Origin: Candidatus Bathyarchaeota archaeon
Lineage (GTDB): Archaea; Thermoproteota; Bathyarchaeia; Bathyarchaeales; Bathycorpusculaceae
NCBI GenBank assembly: GCA_026014685.1
Contig: JAOZHW010000003.1
Span: 35,995-99,994, forward strand
DNA: 64,000 nt
Reading direction: 5' to 3'
The notes beneath the pieces were generated by a model that saw only the letters and a program-made list of their open reading frames with translations, did no database searches and had not been told where the DNA came from. Positions 10,501-20,064 of the stretch are shown here, one piece after another. Each line of letters begins with the position of its first letter. Within the stretch, counting starts at the first letter, position 1. The position numbers and the translations under genes were made by a program.

Positions 10501-10743
10501 TTAGTGGTTGTGTTTGCATCCGCAGCCGCAACTGTGGTCGGTTGGTTCGTCGCCTTCGTGGTGGTGATGGTGCTTGTGGTGCTGGTCCTCTGAGACTTCT
10601 GCGCCTAAGTAGAGTTCAGGTTCTTCTTCGAAGGCTTTCTTGCAGCCTAACGCACAAAAATAGTAGGTTTTGCCTTTGTAGACTGTCTTGAACTTTGCTG
10701 TCCGCTCATCTACATCCATGTTACAAACTAAATCTTTCGCCAT
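10501..10743 (-). CDS. YHS/TRASH domain metal chaperone with His/Cys-rich tail
   Basis: KDLVCNMDV...YKGKTYYFCALGCKKAF; tail HHKHHHHH...CGCGCKHNH; directly downstream of copA. Confidence 0.85.
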   Translation of the reverse strand: MAKDLVCNMDVDERTAKFKTVYKGKTYYFCALGCKKAFEEEPELYLGAEVSEDQHHKHHHHHEGDEPTDHSCGCGCKHNH

Positions 10744-10780
10744 AAATTTTTCACCTCCCAAACCAACGTTATTGTGTTAC

Positions 10781-13210
10781 TTAGAGTTTTGGTTTAAACC
10801 GCCGCAGAAGCGACGCATTGGTTACGACGGTAACGGAGCTGCTTGCCATCGCCGCCGCAGCATATACGGGGTCAAAGAGCACGCCTAACAACGGGTAGAA
10901 TACGCCTGCCGCCAGCGGAATCAAAGCGGCGTTGTAGAAGAATGCCCAGAACAGGTTTTGGCGGATTTTGCGCATGGTAGCTTGGCTGAGTTGTATGGCT
11001 ACGACTACGTCTCGTAAGTCGTTTTTAATCAGAACTATGTCGCCTGTTTCCATGGCAACATCTGTTCCACTGCCTACTGCGATGCCGATGTTTGCCTGCG
11101 CTAACGCTGGAGCATCGTTTATGCCGTCACCCACCATCGCTACCACTTTGCCCTCAGCCTGCAGCCGTTTGATTTCGTTAGCTTTTTCACTTGGCAAAAC
11201 CTCTGCCAAAACGCGGTCAACGCCAACTTGGGCTGCGATGGCTTGAGCAGTTCGCTGGTTGTCACCTGTTAGCATGATTACTTCCAGTTTCATCTGCTTT
11301 AGCGCTCGGACAGCTTCGGCAGAATGCTCTTTCACAGTATCCGCAACTGCGATTAATCCTACTGTTTTGCCGTCAACTGCCATGAGCATCACGGTTTTGC
11401 CTTGGTTCTCCAACGCAGTCATTTTTGCTTCAACTTGGTTTATGTCGATGTTGTTGGTTTCCATGAGTTTGCGGTTGCCCAGCAGAACCGCTGAGCCGCT
11501 GATTTTGACTTCGACGCCTTGCCCGGGAACGGCAATGAAATCTTCGGGGTCATCGATTTTTTCTCCGTTTGCGGTGGCTTTTTTGACTATGGCTGCGCCT
11601 AATGGGTGTTCGGAGTTCTTTTCTGCTATGGCTGCGTACTGGAGAAGTTGGTTTTGTGTTAGGGGTTTGTCGGTTTCAGCGGCGATTATGTCGGTGACTT
11701 CGGGTTCGCCTTTGGTTATGGTGCCTGTTTTGTCGAATACGACTGTTCGAAGCTTGTGTGCGGTTTCTAGTGCTTCGCCGCTTTTGATTAGGATGCCGTT
11801 TTCTGCACCTTTTCCGACACCGACCATGATGGCTGTCGGAGTTGCCAACCCCAACGCGCATGGGCAAGCAACAATCAAAACGGCAATGAATACGGTTAAC
11901 GAGAAAATTAGGTTTTCACCGACCAAGAAATACCACGCTAACGCCGACAGAGTGGCGACTGTTATGATGGCTGGAACGAAGTAGCCAGACGCAATGTCGG
12001 CTAATCTCTGCACAGGCGCCTTCGAACTCAAAGCGTCTTCGACTAAGCGGATGATTTGGGCAAGCGCGGTGTCTTTGCCGACTTTGGTGGCTTGGAACTT
12101 GAGCATGCCCGTCTTGTTCATGGTGGCACCGATAACTTGGTCGCCTTTGCGCTTCTCAACAGGTATGCTTTCGCCCGTGATGACCTTCTCGTCCACGCCA
12201 GAGTAGCCCTCAATGACCGTGCCGTCTACTGGGATTTTCTCGCCTGGACGCACAACGATGATGTCGCCGACTTGTACCTCTTCTGCAGGCAACTCGATTT
12301 CTACGCCTTCGCGGATGACCCTTGCCGTTTTGGCTTGGAGCCCCATGATTTTGCGGATGGCTTCTGAGGTGCGACCTTTGGCGATGGCGTCTAAGAGTTT
12401 GCCTGCTAAAATGAAAGAAATTATCATGGTGGATGTGTCGAAGAAGACTGCTGCATGGTGAAAGATGTGGGGGGCGAAGGTGACTATGGTGCTGTAGATC
12501 CACGCTGTGGAGGTGCCCATGGCGATTAGGGTGTCCATGTTGGCGGTTTTGTTGCGTAACCCCTTGTATGCGCCGACGTAGAAGGTCCAGCCGATGATGA
12601 ACTGAACGGGTGTGGCTAAGAGGAACATCAAGATGTTGGTTTGCTCCATGGGTAACGGAGGGAACCACATCAAAAGCATGATGGGGATGGTTAATGCGAC
12701 GCTGACCGCCAAGAGCAGTTTGAGGCGTCTGATGTGGCGTTGGCGTGCTTTGGCTTCGGCGTCTTGGACTGATTTCTGCTGAGGCTCAACCACTTCGTAG
12801 CCAACGTCGCGGATGATTTTTTTGATTGCCGCTAAGCTGATCTGCTCAGAATTGTACTCAACCAAAACGCGCTCGGTTGCAAAGTTGACGACGGCACTGT
12901 AGACGCCTTCTTTGGCGTTGAGTGCTTTTTCTATGGTTTTGGCGCAGTTGATGCAGGTCATTCCACCGACTTGGAGGCTGACTTTTTCATGGATAACTTG
13001 GTAACCCGTTTGGGTTATGGTGTCCTCTATGGTTTTCTGGTCGACCACGTCGGGGTTGTAGTCGATGAGGGCTTTCTCTGCGGCTAAATTGACGGTGGCT
13101 TGGGTTACGCCGTTGAGTTTTTTGAGGGCTTTCTCTATGGTCCGTGCGCAGTTTATGCAGCTCATACCGCCGATGTTGAGAACGATTTTTTTGGTTTTCT
13201 GCTGGCTCAT
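10781..13210 (-). CDS. copA: Cu(I)-translocating P1B-type ATPase
   Basis: Two GMxCxxC HMA domains, [29 protein letters not shown] and MxxSS transmembrane motifs. Confidence 0.96.
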   Translation of the reverse strand: MSQQKTKKIVLNIGGMSCINCARTIEKALKKLNGVTQATVNLAAEKALIDYNPDVVDQKTIEDTITQTGYQVIHEKVSLQVGGMTCINCAKTIEKALNAKEGVYSAVVNFATERVLVEYNSEQISLAAIKKIIRDVGYEVVEPQQKSVQDAEAKARQRHIRRLKLLLAVSVALTIPIMLLMWFPPLPMEQTNILMFLLATPVQFIIGWTFYVGAYKGLRNKTANMDTLIAMGTSTAWIYSTIVTFAPHIFHHAAVFFDTSTMIISFILAGKLLDAIAKGRTSEAIRKIMGLQAKTARVIREGVEIELPAEEVQVGDIIVVRPGEKIPVDGTVIEGYSGVDEKVITGESIPVEKRKGDQVIGATMNKTGMLKFQATKVGKDTALAQIIRLVEDALSSKAPVQRLADIASGYFVPAIITVATLSALAWYFLVGENLIFSLTVFIAVLIVACPCALGLATPTAIMVGVGKGAENGILIKSGEALETAHKLRTVVFDKTGTITKGEPEVTDIIAAETDKPLTQNQLLQYAAIAEKNSEHPLGAAIVKKATANGEKIDDPEDFIAVPGQGVEVKISGSAVLLGNRKLMETNNIDINQVEAKMTALENQGKTVMLMAVDGKTVGLIAVADTVKEHSAEAVRALKQMKLEVIMLTGDNQRTAQAIAAQVGVDRVLAEVLPSEKANEIKRLQAEGKVVAMVGDGINDAPALAQANIGIAVGSGTDVAMETGDIVLIKNDLRDVVVAIQLSQATMRKIRQNLFWAFFYNAALIPLAAGVFYPLLGVLFDPVYAAAAMASSSVTVVTNASLLRRFKPKL

Positions 13211-13352
13211 TGGCTTGCCTCCGCTTGTGCCTTGTTGTATTTAGGGTTTCGGCAACGATATAAGTATTTCTTTATAAGATATATCTTTTAATTAAAGTAG
13301 TATGCTAAAACCCACCCAACAAACAACAAAACAAAAAAAGAAAACCAAAAAA

Positions 13353-13628
13353 CTACTCTATACGCTTAATGATATGATACCCAAACTGCGTCTTAACCGG
13401 ACCAGAAACCTGCCCCTTCTGCAACTCAAAAGCCGCTTTCTCAAACTCCTTAACCATCTTGCCCCTTGTGAAGGTGCCAAGGTCACCGCCTTTCTTGCCT
13501 GACGAACAAAGCGAAACTTGTTTGGCGACTTCGCCGAATTTTTCGCCTTTGTCTAGGCGGGCTTTTACGTTGTTGGCTTCTGTTAGGGTTTTGACGAGTA
13601 TGTGGCAACAGTGGACTTTGGTTGACAT
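13353..13628 (-). CDS. Single-domain parvulin peptidyl-prolyl isomerase
   Basis: HILVK, SLCSSGKKGGDLG.F.RG.MV.EFE.AAF, PVKTQFGYHIIK. Confidence 0.93.
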   Translation of the reverse strand: MSTKVHCCHILVKTLTEANNVKARLDKGEKFGEVAKQVSLCSSGKKGGDLGTFTRGKMVKEFEKAAFELQKGQVSGPVKTQFGYHIIKRIE

Positions 13629-13740
13629 GGTTAATGGTTAGGTTGGTTTGGCATATAACTCTTACTTGCAGATTTAAAGTTGAAATTGTGGTTTTTTGGT
13701 CGATTTTATTGGTTTGGCTAAATCTTTAATGGTGAAGTTC

Positions 13741-13839
13741 ATGGTTGTGTCTGCAGAATTTGCATGTAACTGTAAAAAATCTCACTCGCAAACAAGCTGT
13801 TACTTCGAACTTCGAAGTAAGTGGGGCAGATACTGTTAA
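13741..13839 (+). CDS. Possible 32-aa Cys-rich small protein
   Basis: GGTGA Shine-Dalgarno 5 nt before ATG; MVVSAEFACNCKKSHSQTSCYFELRSKWGRYC. Confidence 0.3.
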   Translation: MVVSAEFACNCKKSHSQTSCYFELRSKWGRYC

Positions 13840-13865
13840 AGCAAAAGCACCCATAACTGTTAGCT

Positions 13866-13976
13866 ATGGAATCCACCAACGTCATCCTAAACATCGACGA
13901 GGAACAAAACCTCGACCGCGCCACAGCAGAGCAACTGGCAAAAATAATCGAGTTTCTGCTCAACATAGAAGACTAA
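13866..13976 (+). CDS. Possible 36-aa acidic helical small protein
   Basis: MESTNVILNIDEEQNLDRATAEQLAKIIEFLLNIED; host-like codons (ATC, GAC, AAC, CTC). Confidence 0.45.
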   Translation: MESTNVILNIDEEQNLDRATAEQLAKIIEFLLNIED

Positions 13977-14083
13977 ACCGTTTTTAGAAATCGAACATTC
14001 AAGTCTAGTTTCTCGGCATTTTCAGGCAGCTCACTATCTACAGAAACTTCCAAAAAAGTGGAGTGAGGGAATTTTGATTCCCT

Positions 14084-15232
14084 TTAAACTTTGTAGTACT
14101 TAGCGTAGATAACTATACCAACAGCTAAGATGCCAATACACGACCCCAACACTACCGCGAAGTCGATTATCACGGTTGGGCTTGTGATCGCTGCGCCACG
14201 CAGAAACAGTGAAGTTAAGGCGTCTGTGACGTAGTAGCTTGGAACTGCTTTGCCTGCAACCTCCGCAGCACCCGACAGCGATGCGCCTACGAATGTGCCC
14301 AGAAACATTTGCGGTAACAGGAACAGGAAACTCAACCCTGTGGCGGCGCCTGAGGTTTTTGCGATTGACGCGGTGATTAAGCCGAAGCCGACGTTTGAAA
14401 GCGAGAACACCAAAACCAGTATGAACGCGAAGGCATAGTCGGGTAAGCCGATGTTGGGTCTGAAGCCTAAAGCATAAACCATCCCGAACATGATTGCGCA
14501 CTGGATTAGGGCAATAATCAAGTAGGAAGTAACTTGGCTGGCCATGAATTCGGTGGGTGTTGTTGGGGATATGCGTATTCGTTTCATCATGCCGTTTTCT
14601 CGGTCGCCAGTGAACGACTGCGCAACTATCATAATCATAAAGACCGAAGCAAACGTGAACATACCCGGAGCAAAGTAATCAAACGCAGAAACCTGCTTCA
14701 CTTCCAAAGAGGCAGTTTGCAGCTGAATTGGGCTTTGATGGGCTGGCTGGTTTTGGTCAGTGATGCCGTTGAGGACTTGCTGGATGATTGGCGGAATTGC
14801 TTGGGTTGCAACCATTGACCCCTTATCCAGGTACAAGGCGACTGTGGCGTTGACCCATTTGCTGGAATCCTCTGGTGCAGCGTAATAGGATGTGATGCTT
14901 TCGCTGAAGCTTTCAGGAACAATTATGGCTGCTTGGATTTTTCCCTGACTTAAATCCGTCTGGACAGTTTGATTATCCCCGTATGCAGTAACTTTAAGCA
15001 TGGTTACGTTCGATAAGCTGTCGGTGAAGGTTTCTGACCATTGGCTGTTGTTTAAGTCGACGATGCCGACTTGATATGTTACAGTTTGCCCGCCGCCAAC
15101 GCCTCCAAATGACAAACCGAAAGCCAGCACAAACACTACTGGAAACAGGAAAATCATGAATAACGCCGCTGGTTCCCGAACGGTTTTCTTAAGTTCTTTC
15201 TTGGTTAACGCAAATATCCTCTGGGTTTTCAT
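14084..15232 (-). CDS. ABC-2 type exporter permease
   Basis: N-terminal TM, large extracellular loop, YFAPG, five C-terminal TMs, PSYY..DAL. Confidence 0.9.
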   Translation of the reverse strand: MKTQRIFALTKKELKKTVREPAALFMIFLFPVVFVLAFGLSFGGVGGGQTVTYQVGIVDLNNSQWSETFTDSLSNVTMLKVTAYGDNQTVQTDLSQGKIQAAIIVPESFSESITSYYAAPEDSSKWVNATVALYLDKGSMVATQAIPPIIQQVLNGITDQNQPAHQSPIQLQTASLEVKQVSAFDYFAPGMFTFASVFMIMIVAQSFTGDRENGMMKRIRISPTTPTEFMASQVTSYLIIALIQCAIMFGMVYALGFRPNIGLPDYAFAFILVLVFSLSNVGFGLITASIAKTSGAATGLSFLFLLPQMFLGTFVGASLSGAAEVAGKAVPSYYVTDALTSLFLRGAAITSPTVIIDFAVVLGSCIGILAVGIVIYAKYYKV

Positions 15233-15979
15233 TTAGACTTCCTCCCGCATGTTTCTGCCCGTTAACTGGATGAAAACTTCCTCGAGGTTCTTGACGTGGT
15301 TTTTCGCGATGAGTTCTTTAGGTGTACCCAACGCGATGAGTTTGCCATGGTCGATTATGCCCACTCGGTTACATAGCTGCTCTGCTTCTTCCATGTAATG
15401 AGTTGTCAGGATGATGGTTTTGCCCTTTGTGTTTTGTTCTTTGATGAAATCCCAAACAGCATGGCGGGACTGTGGATCCATGGCTACTGTTGGTTCATCC
15501 AGAAATGCAATTTCGGGGTCATGGATTAATGCGAGTGCTAAGCTGAGGCGCCGTTTCATGCCTCCACTGTACTTAGCCGTTAACCGCTTTGCGTCTTCGG
15601 TTAGTCCCATCTTTGACAGCAGCATGGTGCTTCTTTCTTTGATGGTTTTTTTGTTCAGGCAGTAGAGGTTTCCGAATAACTCAAGGTTCTCTTTGCCCGT
15701 CAAGTAGGGGTAGATTGCGGTTTCTTGGATGCAGACGCCGATGAGCTCCTTGACTTTCTGTGCATCTTTTTGTGTGTCGTAGCCTTTGATTTGAGCTGTT
15801 CCACTTGTAGGTTTTATTAGCCCACACATAATGCTGATGGCTGTGGTTTTGCCTGCTCCGTTGGGTCCAAGCAACCCGAAAAGTTCTCCTCTATTAACTT
15901 GCAGCGTGAGGTTGTCGAGTGCAAGTTTATCCTCGTACTTTTTTGTGAGGTTTTTGATTGTTATTGCTTGTTCACTCAT
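15233..15979 (-). CDS. ABC transporter ATP-binding protein
   Basis: GPNGAGKTT Walker A, YSGGMKRR signature, FLDEPT Walker B, LTTHYM. Confidence 0.96.
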   Translation of the reverse strand: MSEQAITIKNLTKKYEDKLALDNLTLQVNRGELFGLLGPNGAGKTTAISIMCGLIKPTSGTAQIKGYDTQKDAQKVKELIGVCIQETAIYPYLTGKENLELFGNLYCLNKKTIKERSTMLLSKMGLTEDAKRLTAKYSGGMKRRLSLALALIHDPEIAFLDEPTVAMDPQSRHAVWDFIKEQNTKGKTIILTTHYMEEAEQLCNRVGIIDHGKLIALGTPKELIAKNHVKNLEEVFIQLTGRNMREEV

Positions 15980-16108
15980 GTTGGATTTCTCCTGTTGGGT
16001 TAATTGGTTTGTGAGAATTTAGTTTCATGTTTACCAGTTGATTACGAAAAGGGCGTTAGTGTTGGCTGTTTGTTCTGTTTTTTACTTTAGTTGGTTAAAA
16101 AAGTGGAA

Positions 16109-17000
16109 CTAGGGTATTTCGTCGCGCCAAATAGGGAAAATGGATCCTGCATAGATAACGTTTGGGACCACAAATTGAACTGCAGGGTTTTGCTCTATGG
16201 TTTCACGGGTTTCTTTGAGTTCTTTGCTTGTCGGTGTCCAAACCATAAAGAAGTAGCTGTTTGGGATGTTGCTGAAGCTCCAGTAAAAGAGCGTGTTGGG
16301 ATAGTGCTTCTGGAGAATTTGATTGGCTGAGTTGGGGTTGGAGTCGTTTTTTAGGTTGATGTGAAAGACACTCATTATGTCGTTAGCCACGTCTGGATAC
16401 CAGTCGATGGAGAATTGCACAAGGAAGTTTTTTGTCATGTATGCAAGTCTGCGGCTAACCGTTTTAGCTGACGCCCCCACTTCTTCAGCGATGTCTGCGG
16501 TCGCTTTGCGCGAATTGTCTTTTAGGGCACGGATGATTTTGTAATCTAATTCAGAGTTTTGTCTTAATATTCATCGCTGTAATGTTGGGCGGTATCGGGG
16601 AATTGGTTAACCCCACAGTCACTTCGGGCATCTCAGCGTTTTCCCTAACAAAGCGGACAAGACCGTCTAGTTCTGCAAGATGTTTTAAGTAGGCGCCTAT
16701 GTAGAGGCTGTTTCCTCCCGCGACCGCTAACCAGTAGATCGCGCCTTGCTTTGCAAGTTTAGTTTTAAGGTTGTTTATGGAGTTGGTTTTGGATGTGCCA
16801 TAGATTAATATGTGGATAGCAGGTTTAGCGACGAGGCTGAGTGTAGTGTTGAAGCGTCGGATTATGCCTAAGTCAATCATGGATTGGATGCGGTTGTGTA
16901 CGGCGGTTACTGATAAATCGAGTTTTTCGGCGAGTTCGCGGTATGGCATTCTGGAGTTCGCTAAGAGAAGTTGGCAGAGTATGACGTCGTTTTTATCCAT
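16109..17000 (-). pseudogene. Tandem double Lrp/AsnC regulator interrupted by a frameshift near 16550
   Basis: First unit MDKNDVILCQLLLANSRMPYRELAE stops at TGA 16551; second unit SELDYKIIRALKDNSRKATADIAEEVG continues in the +1 frame with no own start. Confidence 0.8.
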
Positions 17001-17091
17001 GGCTCTATCAGGAGCTATTTAGGCGGTGCCAGTATTTATAGCTCTTAGCAGATTCCCCTTCTTTGGTTTACAGTCAGTTAACTTACCCGTT

Positions 17092-17148
17092 TTTTTCTAT
17101 ATAATGGAGAGGGGGTCAACGGTAGAGCAGCAGCGTGGTTCCCGCTGC
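17092..17148 (+). repeat. Dispersed cassette, degenerate copy 4
   Basis: CTATATAATGGAGAGGGGGTC...AGAGCAGCAGCGTGGTTCCCGCTGC; hairpin GCAGCG-TGGTTCC-CGCTGC at 17130-17148. Confidence 0.5.
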
Positions 17149-17282
17149 GGGCGCTATAGCAAGATATCGCTACAAACCCACACCTTAAGCCGTAACAGTT
17201 ATTGAAAAACCCAGATAGCAGTTAACTAAAAAAGGTTGTTTAATAAAAGGGAAATTCTCTCAGCAAATGAGAGACTACGTTT

Positions 17283-17462
17283 TTACTCGATTACCTGAAT
17301 TGCACCTTCAGGACATTGTGCTTCACAAGCTCTACAAACCAAGCATTCACTTTCCTTGGTTGGAGTAGCCTTGCCGTTTTTGATTTCATAAACACTGACA
17401 GGGCAAGTGTTGACACAAGTCTCGCATCCAGTGCATTTAGGATCGACAACAATTTTTACCAT
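17283..17462 (-). CDS. 2x[4Fe-4S] ferredoxin, 59 aa (absent from ORF track)
   Basis: Hand translation MVKIVVDPKCTGCETCVNTCPVSVYEIKNGKATPTKESECLVCRACEAQCPEGAIQVIE; two CxxCxxCxxxCP motifs. Confidence 0.95.
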   Translation of the reverse strand: MVKIVVDPKCTGCETCVNTCPVSVYEIKNGKATPTKESECLVCRACEAQCPEGAIQVIE

Positions 17463-17520
17463 TTTTGTCTTACCTCACTGCTATAGTTTTTCAAAAAGCG
17501 GCTGGGTAAAATAAAAGGAT

Positions 17521-19323
17521 TTAGGTGGCACGCCTGATTTTTTCACGTAAACGAGACAGGATTCCGTTTATAGCTGAATCAGCTTTATCTCGCATCTTTT
17601 GCGAGTCCGCCACACTGCGCCTGTAGGTTTCAAGCGAAATTTCCCCTTTCCGCCGTTGTGCCTCATAGATTTTTATGTCTTCTTCAGCCTCAGCTAAATC
17701 CGCTTCAGCTAAATCCAGTTGTCGCACCATATCCGCATGCGAACCACCTGCAGCCAAAAACACCGCTCTCCAACGATCAACGTTCAATTTCAGGTTTGCT
17801 AAGCGGGTTTCCACGGCGTTTCGCTGCAGTTTGTATTGGCTTCTTTGGATTTTGCCCTTCTGAGCCTGCACATCCAACGCTTTGAGTTCAGCAATCGCCA
17901 GCCGCTTACTTTCATATGCTTCTAAGAAGGCTTTGAGAGATGCTAAATCGATGGGTTGACCAGCTTTAACTGTCTCGAGCGCTGGGATTTCTATGGGTTG
18001 CTCCGCCAGTTGCTGAGACCTTGCCCGATAAGTTGGCTCTTTAGGTCTAATTTTTCTGTATCCAACAGCACCTGCACAAACAGCTACAGCTATCAGTGCA
18101 GCCCAAAAGGTCGGTCTAAAAGATACCCAAACAGGGTTATAGCTAAAAGACAAGTGCAGGCTAGTTTGTTGAGGCGTCAAGTTGTCTACGTAGCTTACGC
18201 TGTTTTGTGTAACCGTAAGTGTATCTTGGAAGGTTTGACGTATCAAAGTTGAATTTAGGTCCAACTCTGAAACATCTGGGTCAATTATGGTTGCACCTTC
18301 AGGCAGATTAAATGTCACCGAAGCGTAGTTGACGATGTAGTGGTAATTGGGGAAGAACTCAAAATTCACCAACGTGTATTGGCCGCCAACCAAAGTGGCG
18401 CTCGGCAAGGTATACTGCAATGAGAGGCTGGTGGATTTTTCTTTGTCAATGAAAGCCGTTAAAGTTACGTTCACCAGCGTTGTGCGGCTGGTTTGGGAAA
18501 GGGTTTCCCCGAATTGGAGGGCATTTCCGTTTGCATCTTTAACGGCTATGTTTGAGGCTTCAAACGGTAAACTTATCAAGAGAGCACTTACGGGTGAAAC
18601 AGGGGATTTGCCCGTTATGCGGTAAACTTCTGTGACTGATACTTCACCTTTGGGGTTTATGGTGACTTGGCGATCTAGGCTGTCGACGCTGATTAACTGC
18701 AAAGAACCAAGGGGCACTTTAACTGTGGCTTTGCCCACCGAATACGTGTAAGCCGCCAAGTCTGGGGCTAAATAGTTGACTGTGTTAACTTTTTCTCCGT
18801 CTCTAGAAATCGTGACACTTGTAGGTGTGCTTGGAAAGGTGACTGTTACGTTGCAGAGTCCAACTGTTTGAGTTAAACTGGGGTAAGCAGGGTAATCTAT
18901 GGTAAAGTTGCCGCCTCCCCCGTCTTCAACACGACTGTTAGAGAGAACAAACACCACGTTGAAAACGCTTGGAGCCTCTCCGTTGAAATCAACTTCGACA
19001 GCGTAGAATCCACCGCGGTCCCCAAGAGGCACACCCAAATGCACTCTAAACATGCGAGTTTCATCATAAGCGAATACCTTGAGAACGTCTACACTGTACT
19101 TTAGGGGCAATCCGATGAGAAAACTTTCAGGCACTTGACCTGAAACGTAGATCCTATCTTGCACAATCATGTGACCAGAATACATGACCTCTACGTGGTG
19201 ATCAACCCGACTAATGCTGTAACCGCTGTCTTGTGCAGAAACCACGCTGCCCAGCAAAAGCGACGGCCCAAAGGCACCTAAAACCAAGATAGCAATCAAC
19301 AGTAAGATGTGGGGTCGATTCAC
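17521..19323 (-). CDS. Ribophorin-I (OST1/RPN1)-like membrane protein
   Basis: Signal peptide, two repeated beta-rich units (..RVDHHVEV.. / ..SLDRQVTINPKG..), one TM, helical cytosolic tail. GTG start after GGTGA chosen; ATG 19389 is an alternative. Confidence 0.6.
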   Translation of the reverse strand: MNRPHILLLIAILVLGAFGPSLLLGSVVSAQDSGYSISRVDHHVEVMYSGHMIVQDRIYVSGQVPESFLIGLPLKYSVDVLKVFAYDETRMFRVHLGVPLGDRGGFYAVEVDFNGEAPSVFNVVFVLSNSRVEDGGGGNFTIDYPAYPSLTQTVGLCNVTVTFPSTPTSVTISRDGEKVNTVNYLAPDLAAYTYSVGKATVKVPLGSLQLISVDSLDRQVTINPKGEVSVTEVYRITGKSPVSPVSALLISLPFEASNIAVKDANGNALQFGETLSQTSRTTLVNVTLTAFIDKEKSTSLSLQYTLPSATLVGGQYTLVNFEFFPNYHYIVNYASVTFNLPEGATIIDPDVSELDLNSTLIRQTFQDTLTVTQNSVSYVDNLTPQQTSLHLSFSYNPVWVSFRPTFWAALIAVAVCAGAVGYRKIRPKEPTYRARSQQLAEQPIEIPALETVKAGQPIDLASLKAFLEAYESKRLAIAELKALDVQAQKGKIQRSQYKLQRNAVETRLANLKLNVDRWRAVFLAAGGSHADMVRQLDLAEADLAEAEEDIKIYEAQRRKGEISLETYRRSVADSQKMRDKADSAINGILSRLREKIRRAT

Positions 19324-19406
19324 CGAATTCACCAAACAGCGGTTTAGTTTTAGTGTTAGGTTACGTTGTTTATTTACTTTTACCGACATCTCAAAATGCG
19401 TTGCAG

Positions 19407-19464
19407 GCGAAAACCACGCGACGTCTCAGCGTCTACCTCCCCTCCCTTATTTAAAGACGGAAAA
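19407..19464 (-). repeat. Dispersed cassette, copy 2
   Basis: Reverse complement TTTTCCGTCTTTAAATAAGGGAGGGGAGGTAGACGCTGAGACGTCGCGTGGTTTTCGC; upstream of the RPN1-like gene. Confidence 0.85.
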
Positions 19465-19521
19465 ATTCAGTCATCTCGAGGTTAATGGCCCATGCTGCTG
19501 TCAGCTGCGGTTATTGGTTTG

Positions 19522-19902
19522 CTATTTTTCGCGGCAGAAGAAGCATTTTTCTGCCCAGTCTTTAGGCATTTCCTGCTGGCATTTGGGGCACATCAAACCC
19601 AGTTCGCGGATGGTTGTGCAGGTTTGGCAGAAGAGTTCTAGTACTTGGGTTTTGTTTGTTGGTTCTTTTACCAGTGTTGTAACCATTTGGTTGATTAGGT
19701 CTTTGATTTGGTGGCTGTTTTCGAGGGTTAGGTGGTTGCCGCGTTCGCGTCCGAGGTAGCGGCTGACGGCGGATTGGGATAAGCCGAGGAGGTCGGCGGT
19801 TTGTTTTTCTGTTAAGCCGTGGTTTTCTATTATGGTGCGTGCCATTATGGCTTTGACTGCTGGGAGGACTGTTTTGACTCCTACTTCGCATGGTAGTATC
19901 AA
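19522..19902 (-). CDS. Archaeal HTH transcriptional regulator (COG2522-like) with Cys-rich C-terminus
   Basis: PCE...K.VLPA.K..MA, LTEKQTADLLGLSQSAVSRYL HTH; CQTC, CPKC, CFFC. Confidence 0.8.
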   Translation of the reverse strand: MILPCEVGVKTVLPAVKAIMARTIIENHGLTEKQTADLLGLSQSAVSRYLGRERGNHLTLENSHQIKDLINQMVTTLVKEPTNKTQVLELFCQTCTTIRELGLMCPKCQQEMPKDWAEKCFFCREK

Positions 19903-19948
19903 GGTTTCACCTGAATATTGGTTATTTTGTGGGGTAACTTATTTAAGT

Positions 19949-19981
19949 ATGACGCATGTCATTAAATATGACGCGTGTCAA
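19949..19981. promoter_or_regulatory. Two tandem palindromic operators TGAC-N4-GTCA next to a TATA box
   Basis: ATGACGCATGTCAT (19949-19962) and ATGACGCGTGTCAA (19968-19981) adjacent to TTATTTAA, between divergent regulator genes. Confidence 0.7.
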
Positions 19982-20064
19982 GACGGGTTAGCAGTTGTAT
20001 TAAACACCTAAGCACACCATACCTCCACTTCCTCCCGCCTGACACCGCCAAGGAGACCAAACAA

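Noticed and set aside
13276-13287. Perfect palindrome AAGATATATCTT upstream of copA as a copper operator
   Set aside because: Single AT-rich copy next to the TATA region, plausible by chance, with no cognate regulator adjacent.
16549-16553. TGA in the Lrp gene as selenocysteine or readthrough
   Set aside because: The downstream homology is in a different frame, so readthrough would not restore the protein.
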